Program-made: the position numbers and the translations under genes | In this document: piece by piece, positions 22,901 to 32,730 of the stretch | How positions within the stretch are numbered: position 1 is the first letter of the stretch | Layout of the letters: each line of letters opens with the position of its first letter | Assembly (NCBI GenBank): GCA_030167865.1 | Contig: JALAGF010005407.1 | Location: 1-63,910, forward strand | Reading direction: 5' to 3' | Length of the DNA stretch: 63,910 bases | Source: Craspedostauros australis | Lineage: Eukaryota | Notes under the pieces: generated by a model | Told to the model about the DNA's origin: nothing | What the model saw: the letters and a program-made list of their open reading frames with translations, nothing else | Database searches by the model: none

Positions 22901-24855
22901 AGGAGATGGCGAAGGCAATGGAATGGATGAACACTCGCAAGAGCACAGATGCAAAAGAGACCGAGACGAAGCCCCGATCGCGCCCGAGGACTCGGCCAAC
23001 GCCATCCTCGAACAATGTCCAAAAGCCGAGGCAGAAATCGGCAAAACCACCATCGGCATCGGACATGGAGAACGCCCTGAGTTGGTTGGCAAAGCAAGAA
23101 AGCAAGAGCAGCGTTGGCTCCGCAGGCCGAAAGAAAGGCAAAAGAACCTCCGTCTCAAGCACGAGTACCGCTGGCAGGACTGCCGCTGCTGCCGCTTCGA
23201 ACAGAGACAGTAAACCGAGTTCAGCAGCAGCAGCAGCCAACAAACGACGATCGACGTTGGCTGCAGCGCCATCGACGAATCAGATGGAGAAGGCCATGCT
23301 TTGGCTTCAGAAGTCAGAGAAGCGGTCCAACCCAGCGACTTCGTCCTCGAAGACCCCGAAGTCGAAGAATCGCGTCTCCAGCGATCAAGTCAAGGAAACG
23401 ATGATGCGTATCGGGGGCCCCAAAGCAACACCGCAACAGAGCAAGGTGAAGAAACCGCAAGTGACCAAACCGAAGAAATGGAGCCCGGAAGAAGCCAAGG
23501 CAAAGGCCAGAGCCGCCAATGCTCAAACCGCCTTCGACAAGGCAAATGGAGCGGAAATCAAGAAAGCGCTGCTGTGGCTGGAGACTGGAGCAGCCGAAGA
23601 CGCCGAAACCAGCGCGCATTACAAGAAGCTCGACTCCATCCTTCCCAAAAAGTTTGGAGAGACGAAGGAAACCAGAGCCCGGGAGCTGATCAAGGCAATG
23701 AAATGGGTGAAAAAGAAGGGCCTCGCAATGAGCGATGATCGGCAACCTTCAGCACCAAGCACCGGTGCCGGCAAGATCACCTCGCCGAGAGCACGGAGAC
23801 GCAGCTCGCAGAGCATCAAGCCATTGGCAGATCTCCGGGGCGGCAATGAGTCCATGGGCGGGAAGACGACGAATAAATCAGGAGGCCCGGTGGGTGAGCA
23901 ATCCACACCAAAGCAGCAGCGCAAGATTCGAGGGCAGGGCGAGTTGAAGAAGACGAAGAGCAGCGGAGACGATTCGGCCAGCACTGCATCTGGAGCAAAG
24001 CAGAGCGGGAAGTCCAAGAAGGGGAAGCGAAGTCAGATGTCAGAGACAGAGTTGATGGACATGCAGCATGCGATGCTATGGCTCCAAAGCAAGGACGATG
24101 ATACTTTGCCGGATGCGAACTACTTCACAAAGCTGGACAGCATGCTGCCGAAAAGGCAAGGGCAGACCTTGCAGCAGAGAGCCAGAGAGATGGTGAAAGC
24201 ATTGTGCTGGGTTCGAAAGACGTCCACGCCAAAGAATGAGACAACCACCGCCACCGCCAAGGGCAAGACCACCAAGCGGGGCAACGCGAAGGGGCAACTT
24301 CCTGGTATCCGGGAGGCTTCCACTGGCGGCGGAGGCGCCGAAAAGAAGGTCCCAGCGAAGAAGAGGTGGGATACTGTAACAGCAAACTTGTCGAAGATCA
24401 TGGCGGATAGTGACTCTGAGAAAGCGTTGCGGTACCTGAAGAGTGGGAGGGAGGTGGACAAGTCTGACGGCGAATACTTCAAGAAGTTGGATGCCATGCT
24501 CCCCAAGCGCCGTGGGCAGTCCGACCAGGACCGAGCCGTCGAGATGGCGAAGGCAATGAAGTTCTTGAGGAAGAAAGGAATCGATTCGAAGAAGGACGAG
24601 GCATCCGGCGACGCGGCATCGTCAGCCGAGGCAGAGAGCAATCCAGAGAATGATCTCGACAACGCCATCAAGTGGTTGCAGTTTACCGAAGACCAGAAAC
24701 CCACCGGTGGCTTGCCAGACGCCGAATACTTCAAGAAGCTCGACAAGATGCTCCCCAAAAAGAACAACCAGAAGATCGAAAAGCGGGCGGAGGAGATGGT
24801 GAAGATGCTGGCGTGGATGAGGAAGAAGGGGCTGAACAAGAAAGGAAGAAAATAA
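16999..24855 (+). CDS. Giant 2618-aa protein with 4 IQ motifs and two internal repeat families, function unknown
   Basis: Single 7.86-kb ORF. IQ motifs: MQAFFRGCICRQ, IQATVRGYLYRK, IQAAARGFLARK, IQSLARGYLCRR. Repeats: PSxLQKY...GPIEWVVDDD and MxxAxxWL...YFKKLDxMLPK. Confidence 0.9.
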   Translation: MSEVRQVDPTAEELEAIICMQAFFRGCICRQKVSEWIAVLIEELRVAQDSDEADEFEEDDGMSLDNDSRHTDASLEEIDSRSEDGDADQPKPVPAVSASPALPNADESTAQEDQDEGEEDPSSLRSSNHDEGTASDSATNKAGVGPDAVVVTPVEHKIDEKSKGKSKGDASVSKSKKTSKKSKQSKKSKSSKKKGSLLDTNDANKPSFSEASKTTARRSLERQDSWVAKQFSKGQDRKGGTSSRKSSSLISPMEDLQESNDELNEETPQLKTKSGTSSSKGSSKSKSASRSSKRSPISKKKKKAGADVASDDEIVTLKLDGGADKQSLSGSTSDDEFEVIDGLRFPKSLPQSFLSDSDVSVSSDDDSSDLDSWNGTLDTQQLSDSGNVDSNASVASSIMSSTPSVSDARAAFESRQSKDTSSGSRKGTRRKSEAPGKSRKDPDVLDFAARQYVLHSSATRIQATVRGYLYRKKDFEAMMDVIEWVQHYQEKEVETVSQAAAQQEQMKDADKPIPVEAVKRRNAFSERQNKLHKAAVKIQAAARGFLARKVDYGAMMDALMWIEEFRVVEQANENLEKLKEEKTVPQSQSTDAQSKGGPKPLSAFAQRQLKLFKAAVAIQSLARGYLCRRVDVKAAVKAVMWVKAFQKVHPEVKQEDSSAGEASSMDGSEPSADEERPEVNDVVKVVSFFENAGPENGPATLPFSQKDITGVLNTHQWLQQRDAPSKDSNAATRTAGVRASAPDQPTLPAVQRVKPKMKDLVKFYEWMSTNGLTFPEPTNTFGDDDNDDDDDAANAHAPIQALESFDLEKPMTGSQKAQLKELKTLWNWLESKDMDMGQFTGLQTLVVDESGSADRARTAPDQPVSKDGSVEATDGQDQPPSLGSMVKYWNFSKALMSGTSNDDDSSGSEPLEWVIDNDDDDDVAGAAAGGSAGSADKRGNSSQSRGRSRGGTPTRAPSELQKYSAKASDDDNGMPINWVVDDETDEDDGNNDNGAAGSSSKRLSSMQHHKQQQAPGRQQRHVEMPSALQNHGKATGDDGGPIEWVVDDESDEDEDKEGVGPMQGGQQRQRQRPQSNKAQRARVPSALQKYSANADGDDGGPIEWVVDDHDDDDDSGADQGNVEAGPAREGEQRQRPQSSEVQKASAPSVLQKYSANANDDDDDGGPIEWVVDDDADDDNGDEDKVSDELGPAQGGEQRQRQRQRSQSNNAQRARVPSALHKYKAKNEDDEEGPIAWVVDSDDDDNGVDANSGGTETAGGHVDDAGASRSQRPGHTSRQKVKMPSFLQKYSNRQGGDEDAPIDWVVDDVEEDGGDATASGQVSSSSQEPSQARQRQRPSAGARAGQQRSRVPSALQKYSAADKDNDDGLPIAWVIDEDEDEAPDSTDDPKDQPGDMATPTLSRQRPAKNAVRPSRVPSELQKFATRTGEGAADNEGPIEWVVDDDDDGGDGDADDNQQKQSHKRAGAAQNRQGKLSERSAGTAYGAQGMERPGKASPQRPASSDAGRASQGTTMPSVLKRFSVAARDDGADNGAPIEWAVDDDDESDGEGEVMGDDTTPKQKTHDQSDWKQRYEVAKKRPTTRTGGPPKLPSVLQKYATSNDEEEEDQGPIQWVVDDEDAEAEAEAEDGSKKTVVKGDSRPTSSGKGLGSQQLANNKPGVDAQRRRPSSRTGARAKIPSILQKYSARTDDDGDEQGPIRWVIDEDEDDDGGVGDDNRNEIPGKNVASNSQGATSQQTLQTQGRGGKARPGLGEKEPSFVKRYSVRAESAEGLPIAWDVYDSSDDDALGENEKTDAKRPRNTPAAPNPTRSTRHDKMMNALSWLSTAGLNVDKMERKGGKKEGAKLSSSHQENETKKTEPAISSTPSSSSGATKGPAETLRVNAPKRPSKSSHNDMKTSLAWLEKKGISTGKLKKPTSRKQRQSSAPSVSDMESAMKWIEQQGTKAKTPNAKTSTKSSANNIDMKAPSKEEMAKAMEWMNTRKSTDAKETETKPRSRPRTRPTPSSNNVQKPRQKSAKPPSASDMENALSWLAKQESKSSVGSAGRKKGKRTSVSSTSTAGRTAAAAASNRDSKPSSAAAAANKRRSTLAAAPSTNQMEKAMLWLQKSEKRSNPATSSSKTPKSKNRVSSDQVKETMMRIGGPKATPQQSKVKKPQVTKPKKWSPEEAKAKARAANAQTAFDKANGAEIKKALLWLETGAAEDAETSAHYKKLDSILPKKFGETKETRARELIKAMKWVKKKGLAMSDDRQPSAPSTGAGKITSPRARRRSSQSIKPLADLRGGNESMGGKTTNKSGGPVGEQSTPKQQRKIRGQGELKKTKSSGDDSASTASGAKQSGKSKKGKRSQMSETELMDMQHAMLWLQSKDDDTLPDANYFTKLDSMLPKRQGQTLQQRAREMVKALCWVRKTSTPKNETTTATAKGKTTKRGNAKGQLPGIREASTGGGGAEKKVPAKKRWDTVTANLSKIMADSDSEKALRYLKSGREVDKSDGEYFKKLDAMLPKRRGQSDQDRAVEMAKAMKFLRKKGIDSKKDEASGDAASSAEAESNPENDLDNAIKWLQFTEDQKPTGGLPDAEYFKKLDKMLPKKNNQKIEKRAEEMVKMLAWMRKKGLNKKGRK
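19636..22350 (+). repeat. 13 copies (12 clear, 1 degenerate) of the coding repeat PSxLQKYS-(acidic)-GPI(E/A/D/Q)WVVDDD
   Basis: Counted in the translation. The period is about 180-290 nt with variable Q/R/G-rich spacers. Confidence 0.9.
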
Positions 24856-25495
24856 TCCGGCATACTGCATCCGTGCTCGTCGAAGGATGGGACATGAACG
24901 AGCGGGTTCGACGACAATCCCATCTAGTCGCAGCATAGTCCCAACACTCCTTCGTGCGAATATCGCAACTTTGGGTTGGCACGAGTGTCTCATGGATGCA
25001 ATCGCTCTCGTGCGGGCAAACACATGTGGTATAAATCAGTGTTATTGTAACGTTCTCGTATGCCCCATGCCAGTAGAAGGGCAGCCGTTGTTCCCCTAAT
25101 CTCTGCACATACTCGTAGTCGTACAGTACTGCGAGCTAGCTCGTTGTTTGGTACGACTACGAGCTTGCACCCAACGAAAAACGAAGGAGGCGAAAACGCT
25201 CCCGTTCTAAGGGAGCTGCGAGATATTACTATTAGAAGGTAAATCGGGGAGACCCGAACGCGCCCTTTTCGTCGTCATTCTTGGTCACAACACAAAGGGA
25301 ACGAGTGTTTTCTCAGACATCCCACGCAACAAACCACCAACGTGATGCCCTTGCGGAACAGGCATCCATTGCGGCCAACGCATCCGTCAACACCACCTCC
25401 CCCTTCCCATTCTCGCAGCATTGCAGCATCGCAGCATCGCAACACTGTCACGCTGCAACATGGCGCGGCGGGGTGCGGAGACATGGCACGCGAGC

Positions 25496-27547
25496 ATGAA
25501 CAAGAAGCTCCTCTGCATTTTCGGCGTCTTCTATGTTTGCTTCTGCTCCTTCTCCTTCTTTCTGACCGAGATGATCCGCATCGAAGATGGGCCACTCAAT
25601 GGATTAGTCCTCAGCAAAGGCGGCGGCGTTGCCACGATGGGATCGGCGCAGTTCTTGGAAAAATCGATGGGGGCCAGTGCTGGCGAAGGTTCCGGCATCG
25701 CCATGACCGAAGCTGCATCCGGTCCAAATGGAGCGTTGCGAACCTCTCGGCATCGGCAACCACAGCCGTTGCAACCGACTCTCGCTCTGCTGTATCCACC
25801 AGGGATGATCGGTGGTTATCGCAACCAAGTTCTTCGGTTCATCGGATTCGTGTCGCATGCGCAATCCGGGAATATAACTCAGTTGCTTCTCCCCACCCTG
25901 GTTTGGACGACGCAGTTTGAGGCATCGGGAACGTTCTATCCCATAGCGATGGAGGACGTGTTTGATGTGGAGTTTTGGAACGAACATGCAGAGCACCTTC
26001 CGTTGTTGGTACCGTCGATCGATGGTGGGGATTGCTGGACAGCCAATGGCGCAGGCGCGCAGCTGGCAACTGAACAAGACTCAATGCCACCGCTCATATC
26101 GCCATCATCCTTCGCCGACTCGCATGGATGGTTCAATGCCACCACGGCACCGCCATTGTTGGAGTCTGTTTGGGCCAACTCCCCATTCCTGGTGCCAATC
26201 CAAAACATCAGCTACGAGATATCCACGGGTCAGTCCAGTCTGAAGCCAAGGAAGCTGGACCTGCTGGACGACGTGGCACACTGTAAGCACCCACTTGTGT
26301 ACGGCGGAGGGAAGGGAGCGGGGCGGCTTTGGAATGACTACCTCCGACTTTCAAAAGATGCTGTCGGCAAGAAGACTGCCAAAGCCAAAGCTGCAGAGAA
26401 ACAGGCTGCCGAGCTGCTTCGATGGACGTCGCGGGCGCTGCGACCTTCGATGCGATGGAGGCAGAATGCAAATGGTTGCGTTGCCCATCATCTCTCCGAT
26501 GCCGAGGGGCTCGATTTGGATGTTGCGCGACCCTACCTTGCGCTGCACGCGCGTGTGGAGGTTGACATGGTAAGTGCCTTGCGATTCCAATGATGAGGTT
26601 GCCGACGACGCGTAGGCCGCCTTTGTCGCGCAAGTGCGCCTCGCCGCTTCGGTGAACGAACACGATGGCATACTCAGTGTTGTTCTCGTATGAAATGCTC
26701 CACCACTAACGATCTGCTCAACATGTGTGGACCGTTCGCCACGACGTCCACCAAATGCCACAAAATCAGATGGTGCATCGGTGCGGGAAAGACATGGAAT
26801 TCAACTTGACGAAGATCCTTGGCATGGTCGACGCCTTCATCGCGGAGGAGCAGTCAGAGACTGGCTCCCCGTTCGGCGATCAACAGCCAGGAATCTTCCT
26901 CGCCGTTTCCAGAACAGGGATGCACGAAGAAACGACAAATCGCAAAGTCAAGGAACTAGCGCGCCAGAACGTAGAGGCCTTGATGGAGCGGAGCCTCAGC
27001 AACTTGGACGACGCCAGCACCATCGATTCGATAAGGCACGATCATGCATTTCCTGTGTTTGAATGCGGTGAGATTTGGATGAAGAACTGGTACGAACACG
27101 AGGGCATTCCCGAGAACTTCTTTGGGTCTTTGGTGCCATCGGTGATGAACTTTCATCTTGCCACAACAGCGTCCATCTTCATTGGGGTCGCACACAGCAG
27201 CTGGTGAGTACTGGGTGGCGTCTGCTCGTATCGTATGCAGCATTTTGGACGACCTGGTGCGTGTGAGAAATGAGGTCGAGCTTCCCACACCGATTTACGA
27301 TATCACGCGTGTTAGTATGTACTGTACGCTCTCCTGCTGCTGAACAAGGTGCTCACGACTCACCCTCCATTGCTGATTCTGCGCTTTTGGTCGTTGCAAC
27401 ATGTTTTGTCCGGAGTGAAGGAGCACCCATGTGTGGACCAATCGGTACCATCAGGGACGTGGTTCGACGAACTTCGAATACACCAAGGATGGAATTCGAA
27501 GGCTCGAGAACGGAGGGTTGCCAAAACCTCACGAGAATTGCAAATAG
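25496..27547 (+). CDS. Type II membrane O-fucosyltransferase-like (GT-B) protein, 3 exons (25496-26569, 26770-27203, 27421-27547; ~544 aa)
   Basis: N-terminal TM anchor; motifs PGMIGGYRNQVLRF, YLALHARVEVDM and FIGVAHSSWSTHVW. GT-AG junctions ATG|GTAAGT..CAG|ATG and TG|GTGAGT..AAG|G restore the frame to TAG at 27545-27547. An alternative start lies at 25460. Confidence 0.7.
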
Positions 27548-28774
27548 AGGAGGATAAGCAAAGAGCAGGTGATTTCGCGGACGGCCAGGCCAACAGGTAG
27601 GCACGCAGCAACGGAGGGCACACGGAGAGATAGAGAGCCCGCGAGGACAAGACGTGAAGCTGGTTCCGAAATGTTCGCACATGTGGACGGACACATGCCA
27701 CGGCACACGGGGCTCCCGTGCCCCTATTTCGAAGTCCAATTCCGGCAGAGAAGAGATGCACAATATGCACCCCCACGACTTGAGGCGTCCGCAACCAAAT
27801 CCGTTGCGTGAAATAGATTCGAGGCAAAAACGTGCATACGAGTATGAAAGTCGCGCTGCACCAGTGGGGTCATACGAGCACTCGCAGAATAGAATCGTAC
27901 TCTGCCGTTGCACAACAGTACTCTACGAGCTAGGACAGAACTGGTTGGGTTGGATAGTTATGTATCCTGTGTGCAAGAATGATGATTGTGGAGGTGGAAG
28001 CAATGGATTTTATCATCGAGTACTCTGGGGTAATCGATAAAGTATGGTACATCGAGTAGAGCCCTCCACGGCGTGCTCGCAATGTGAATAGAGGACTGCC
28101 AATGCATGCAAACTCGTATCCCTCTGCACCATCCCAGTACTCGAGTTCTCCCGGGAAAGAAACGGTTGTGCAGGTGGGAGTAGAGAACTGAGAGGACTTC
28201 ATCTCACCGCAGCACACGAGCTGTGCCCACCTGAGGATCTCTCCGTCACTGCCATCGACCGACAACAGGCAGTGTTCAACAAGCTGAATTTCCACAGCTC
28301 CCCGGATGTAACCCGCTGCAATCAACCGTCAACCGTTTCTTCTCATGACAGGTCTCTATCTCGGCATAACGGGTGATATTTCTAGTATCTGATGCCCTGA
28401 GGAGGCCTTTTGCTGATACCCCTCTGTGACGGTCCTTCACATGCGGCTGTCGACATGCAAAACTTGCGTCTGAGAATGCATTGATGCACTGCACGAGTGA
28501 CCTTCGATGGTTCCTATCACGTTCACCTTTCTCGGTGGAATTCAAAGGCAATGAGTACATGCAATTGCTCGCATGTCATTGTTTTGGGTTGTGCGGTTGG
28601 GTTTTGCAATTCGCAACTTTAGTTGGCATGTTGGTGGATAGATGCTTGAATGACATTGCAACAACTGAATTCAGATGCGCGACGCCTTCACGTCTCATCA
28701 TTGGGGATCGCTTTCATGAAGCTGTCGTCTTGCATCGGTCATTGTCCACTGAACGTTTGGTATGGTATGTCAGA

Positions 28775-31369
28775 TCAACGGTTTCCCACAAAAGGGTTTT
28801 CAGACACTTGATTGATGCCATCATCACCTTCCAGCGAGAACATGAGCCCAGACCCCAACAGGTCCGTAGCCGCGAACGGCATGATCGAATGGTCCTTCTT
28901 GCTCTTGTGTTCATGGTGGCCGAATGCGTTCGCAGGGTAGACGCCAACGAACGGATTTTGGGTCGCCGTAGGTAGCGCTTGTCCAAACCAGTCGACATTG
29001 GCTTGGTGGTGTTGTTGTTGCTGCTGTTGTTGTTGCTGTTGTTGTTGATATGGCGGCTGCAGGTATGGCAGCGGAGCGTACGTCATCTGCGGCGCAAGTG
29101 GTTGCACTATGGGGAATGCAGCGTTGGGTTGCATTCCTGCTCCAACTGGTGTACCCGTGGGAATTGCTGGGAGGCTGGGGGTTGGGATGGTGACTTGGTT
29201 TGCATTTGTAGTTGGAGGCAGGTTGGGAGCGGCCTGCGATCCAGCTCTGGCGACGAATCCTGGAGGAGGCTGAACGACGGCCACCTGCTTTACGGCGCGT
29301 CCCTGGTTGGATTGTGCGAGAATCGTGGCAGTGGCCGTGGTAGTGCTGGTGGCCGTGGGCTGCATGGGGTTGCTGGCGTCTGTGGGAAGCGCGAGCTGCA
29401 CCGTTTGAAGACTTGGCTTCATGGAGGAGAGTTTAACATTCTCATTCGTGTCCGTGTCGCCCTGGAACATCACAAGATCGCCCGCCTCATCATCATCGTC
29501 CATGTCGACAATGTTGTTGTGGTTCCTGCCGCTTTTCATGTTGCCTGGATTGTTCTCCACCTGCATATTCGTAGGCGCTTCACCTGAACACATCACAGCC
29601 GCCGCATCCGGATGGGCCAACAAAGCAGCCGCCTGCTTTTGAGATTCCGTCGCTTCGGAACTGGAGCTGACCACGAACGTCCCATTTTGCTGCGTGATGG
29701 GGGCGAGCTTGCTATCCACCATGCGAGTGCAAAACTCAAGGAAAAGATGCATTATTTTGTCCAACTCGCTTGGTCGCTCCGTCTTCTTGCTACTTCCATT
29801 GTTGCGATTGCTGCCATTGTTGTTTCCATTGCCACCCTTGTTGTTGGAAGACGCACCGCCTTTTCTGTTCAATCTTTGGCTTGGCGCATTGGTGTTGCGA
29901 TTGCTGTTGAGAAATGCGTGGGCTTGCGAGCGTCCAAGGAATGGAGATTGCGTATCGTAGGTTGGATAAAGGCGGCGAAGTGGGCGGAATCCTTGGAGGC
30001 CCGACAATTCCTCCACATCACTGTAGTCGCACTTGGTTTGGCGTCCGTTCCTTTTGTTCTGGATTTCAGCGATATTATTGCCCACAGCGCAAATCGACGT
30101 CCACAACTCGAGCCTCTCCTTCGCCTTGGCCCCGAAATTCGCTTCAATTCCGAGCAGGAGAATCAGGAGTGGCATCAGACATCGGACGGTGGATGGGAAC
30201 GCGGACGGCGTGCGTTGTGCACCCTCGCAAAGCTTCGACGTGGTTTCTGCGACTCTCCGCAGGTAGCACAATGCGAGTTTGACCAGCACTTCGATGGCAC
30301 TGTCTGTGTCATGTTTGTGGTGCACGGCAGAGAAGATGCAGATGGTTGATATCTTGCAAAGCAGCGAGTCTCCGAAGGCGCAGGCCTTCAGCATCGACTC
30401 CAGGGACTTCATGGCAGGCGGTATCTTGCCGCGGACGCCGGCATCCCCGCGGAAGATGTCAAAGTGGAGATCCACAAAGTGCGCCAGGCTTGCCCGAATA
30501 ATCTTGAATCGTTGTTGCTTTATCGTATTCGCGCTCTCCGCGGCACTGCCAGCTGCCGAGGCGGACTTCGATTGGCGGGGCATGATGGGAGGCGAGGCAC
30601 CCTTCGTGGATTCCAGCAGGTGTCGCCTGTTCATGTTGAACAGCCTCTCCAGGTTGTCGTTCGATGTATCGAATGTGGTGTGCGTTGCCATCAGCGATCT
30701 TGCATACCAGTACAGACTCACGCACACCATATTCGTCTCCTTCATTTGCGCCACGACTGCGAGCTGGTTGTACGGATTGCCCATCCCAGGCGCGAGTCTG
30801 GATGCGTTCAGGTAGCACGACTCGGCTTCCTTGAGAGACTGTCCGTACCGGTAAAGGTCGCCCTTGTAGATGTAGGTTCTGTACAACAGCTCCACGATGG
30901 CATGATCGTTGTTGGCATTTGCGCTGTTGTTGGCATTTGCGATGTCGTTTTGCTTGACTGCCGACGCCAGCTTCTCATGGAATTGCTCCAGGTGGTACTC
31001 GTACAGATCCATGGCTTCCTTCAGCAAGTTGTGGAAGTAACGCTCGGTTGTGTTCCAGGACGGGCTGGCCTTTCTCTTCTCGCGCTGGGCGCGCTGCCGG
31101 GCATGGCTGATCTGCTGGTAGAAGCACTGCCGCCACAGCCTGCCCGCGCAATCGGCCTGCAAGGCGAGAGGAGGGTCGCCGCAGATGACGTCGGTCAGAT
31201 GCTCGCAAAGCTGCGAACGGATCCTCTTCTTCCGCTGGTCTGCTTCCTTCGGAATGGCAGCGAATTCCTTCTCCAATTCCGCGATCCTCACCAGGAGCTC
31301 CTGCATCTGCTTCTCCGACGATGCCTGGACGATAGCCCCTGGCCTATGCTTCTGCGAGTCCCGCATCAT
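28775..31369 (-). CDS. EST1/SMG7(Ebs1)-like protein (14-3-3-like EST1 domain, no visible PIN domain)
   Basis: Motifs LWRQCFY, YKGDLYRY, YLNASRLAPGMGNPYNQLAVVA and SLYWYARSL...NLERLF, followed by a low-complexity Q/P-rich C-terminus. Confidence 0.85.
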   Translation of the reverse strand: MMRDSQKHRPGAIVQASSEKQMQELLVRIAELEKEFAAIPKEADQRKKRIRSQLCEHLTDVICGDPPLALQADCAGRLWRQCFYQQISHARQRAQREKRKASPSWNTTERYFHNLLKEAMDLYEYHLEQFHEKLASAVKQNDIANANNSANANNDHAIVELLYRTYIYKGDLYRYGQSLKEAESCYLNASRLAPGMGNPYNQLAVVAQMKETNMVCVSLYWYARSLMATHTTFDTSNDNLERLFNMNRRHLLESTKGASPPIMPRQSKSASAAGSAAESANTIKQQRFKIIRASLAHFVDLHFDIFRGDAGVRGKIPPAMKSLESMLKACAFGDSLLCKISTICIFSAVHHKHDTDSAIEVLVKLALCYLRRVAETTSKLCEGAQRTPSAFPSTVRCLMPLLILLLGIEANFGAKAKERLELWTSICAVGNNIAEIQNKRNGRQTKCDYSDVEELSGLQGFRPLRRLYPTYDTQSPFLGRSQAHAFLNSNRNTNAPSQRLNRKGGASSNNKGGNGNNNGSNRNNGSSKKTERPSELDKIMHLFLEFCTRMVDSKLAPITQQNGTFVVSSSSEATESQKQAAALLAHPDAAAVMCSGEAPTNMQVENNPGNMKSGRNHNNIVDMDDDDEAGDLVMFQGDTDTNENVKLSSMKPSLQTVQLALPTDASNPMQPTATSTTTATATILAQSNQGRAVKQVAVVQPPPGFVARAGSQAAPNLPPTTNANQVTIPTPSLPAIPTGTPVGAGMQPNAAFPIVQPLAPQMTYAPLPYLQPPYQQQQQQQQQQQQHHQANVDWFGQALPTATQNPFVGVYPANAFGHHEHKSKKDHSIMPFAATDLLGSGLMFSLEGDDGINQVSENPFVGNR

Positions 31370-32730
31370 CCTGCGGTATCATGGAGGTCGGCAACGAGAA
31401 GCTGTCTTTGTGTTGTGATTTTGATGTTGGCAGATCATGAATGTACGGGCGGAATTGTGGTTGTGGTCTCGGTTGTGATGTTGGCTGGAGCTGTGATGGT
31501 GATGATGAACGGACGGTTGCTTTCCGATTACTCGATCGTGCTCAGAGTCCTCCACGATTGTTGTAGAATAGAATATTATTATTTATATATAGTAGCCCGT
31601 GCCTCTGCCCACGACAGGTCAGCCGAACGAGCCAACGAATGGATCGAAGGTCAAAATTGACGACCGATTTTGAACGTGCACCAGCGTGAACGATGATGTT
31701 CGTGGATTGTCACGATCGATGTTGCGTCGATCTCGATCTCGATTTCGATTTTGGTCTCGTGGGCTGAGAGTGCCGCGCGAGGATGGGCAAATCGACGATG
31801 GTATAATATGATATTATAGAATATAATGTTATAAATCGTGTGGTATTGTACCAAACGGTGGGTCGATGAGCTCGTGGCTCGTACAACGTGGACCACACAC
31901 TGTCAGGCGCAAAGATGCCGCTCTGTGTGCATTTGCCTTCGTGGACGACTGGAGATCGTAGGACGGTGAACACGAGTGCTCCCTTCTCCTGTGCGTCGTG
32001 GCCGCTCCAGAACTCAGCACGCTGCAACACACAACAACACGCAACAAGGGCGCGTCCAGCACAAAAACAGAACGCCGAAACGACGACGATTTCTGTTTGG
32101 CTTTCGTCGTCCGACGCAATCAGTCCTGTGCGTGATTCAACGGTTTTAGCGACAGAGAATAGTACTGATATAGACGCGACTAGAATCGATGCTTGCTTTG
32201 ACTACCTTGACCTGATCTGCTGTTGTTGTTGTTGTCGTTGTCGTTGTTCGACCAACAAAAAATGGCGCGAAATCCTGTCGTGGGCAAATGAAACGAACGT
32301 GCAATGGCGGAAGAGCACGACACGAGCACAGCCGACCAGGAATCCGCGCAACCAACCAGCCAACTGACCAGCCAATCCAGTCATGACGAAACAGCATCAC
32401 GTCATCGCCAAATGAAAGACACAAACCGCACTCACGCTACTCTGCTCGACACGACGCTGCTCCAATCACGCCGCTCTCCAGAGAGAAGAACATCGAGAAG
32501 ACCACCGACGCAGAGTGGATACATCGCAGACTGAGGAGCAGGAACAAACTTACAAATAGAGGGCAGGGAGACAGAGCCCAAACGTAGAATCACTCAACCC
32601 AATCTTCATTCCATTGCCCCAGAGTCGTCTCGATTGAGATCTCCACTCGACGACACAATAACGGAACATACCAACATAACAAAGTACCAAAATACCAACA
32701 TCGCGCAGAGCAAAAGCATACACCTGGACG

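Noticed and set aside
27600..28740. Short ORFs between the fucosyltransferase-like and SMG7-like genes
   Set aside because: No recognisable motifs or consistent exon chain; left unannotated.
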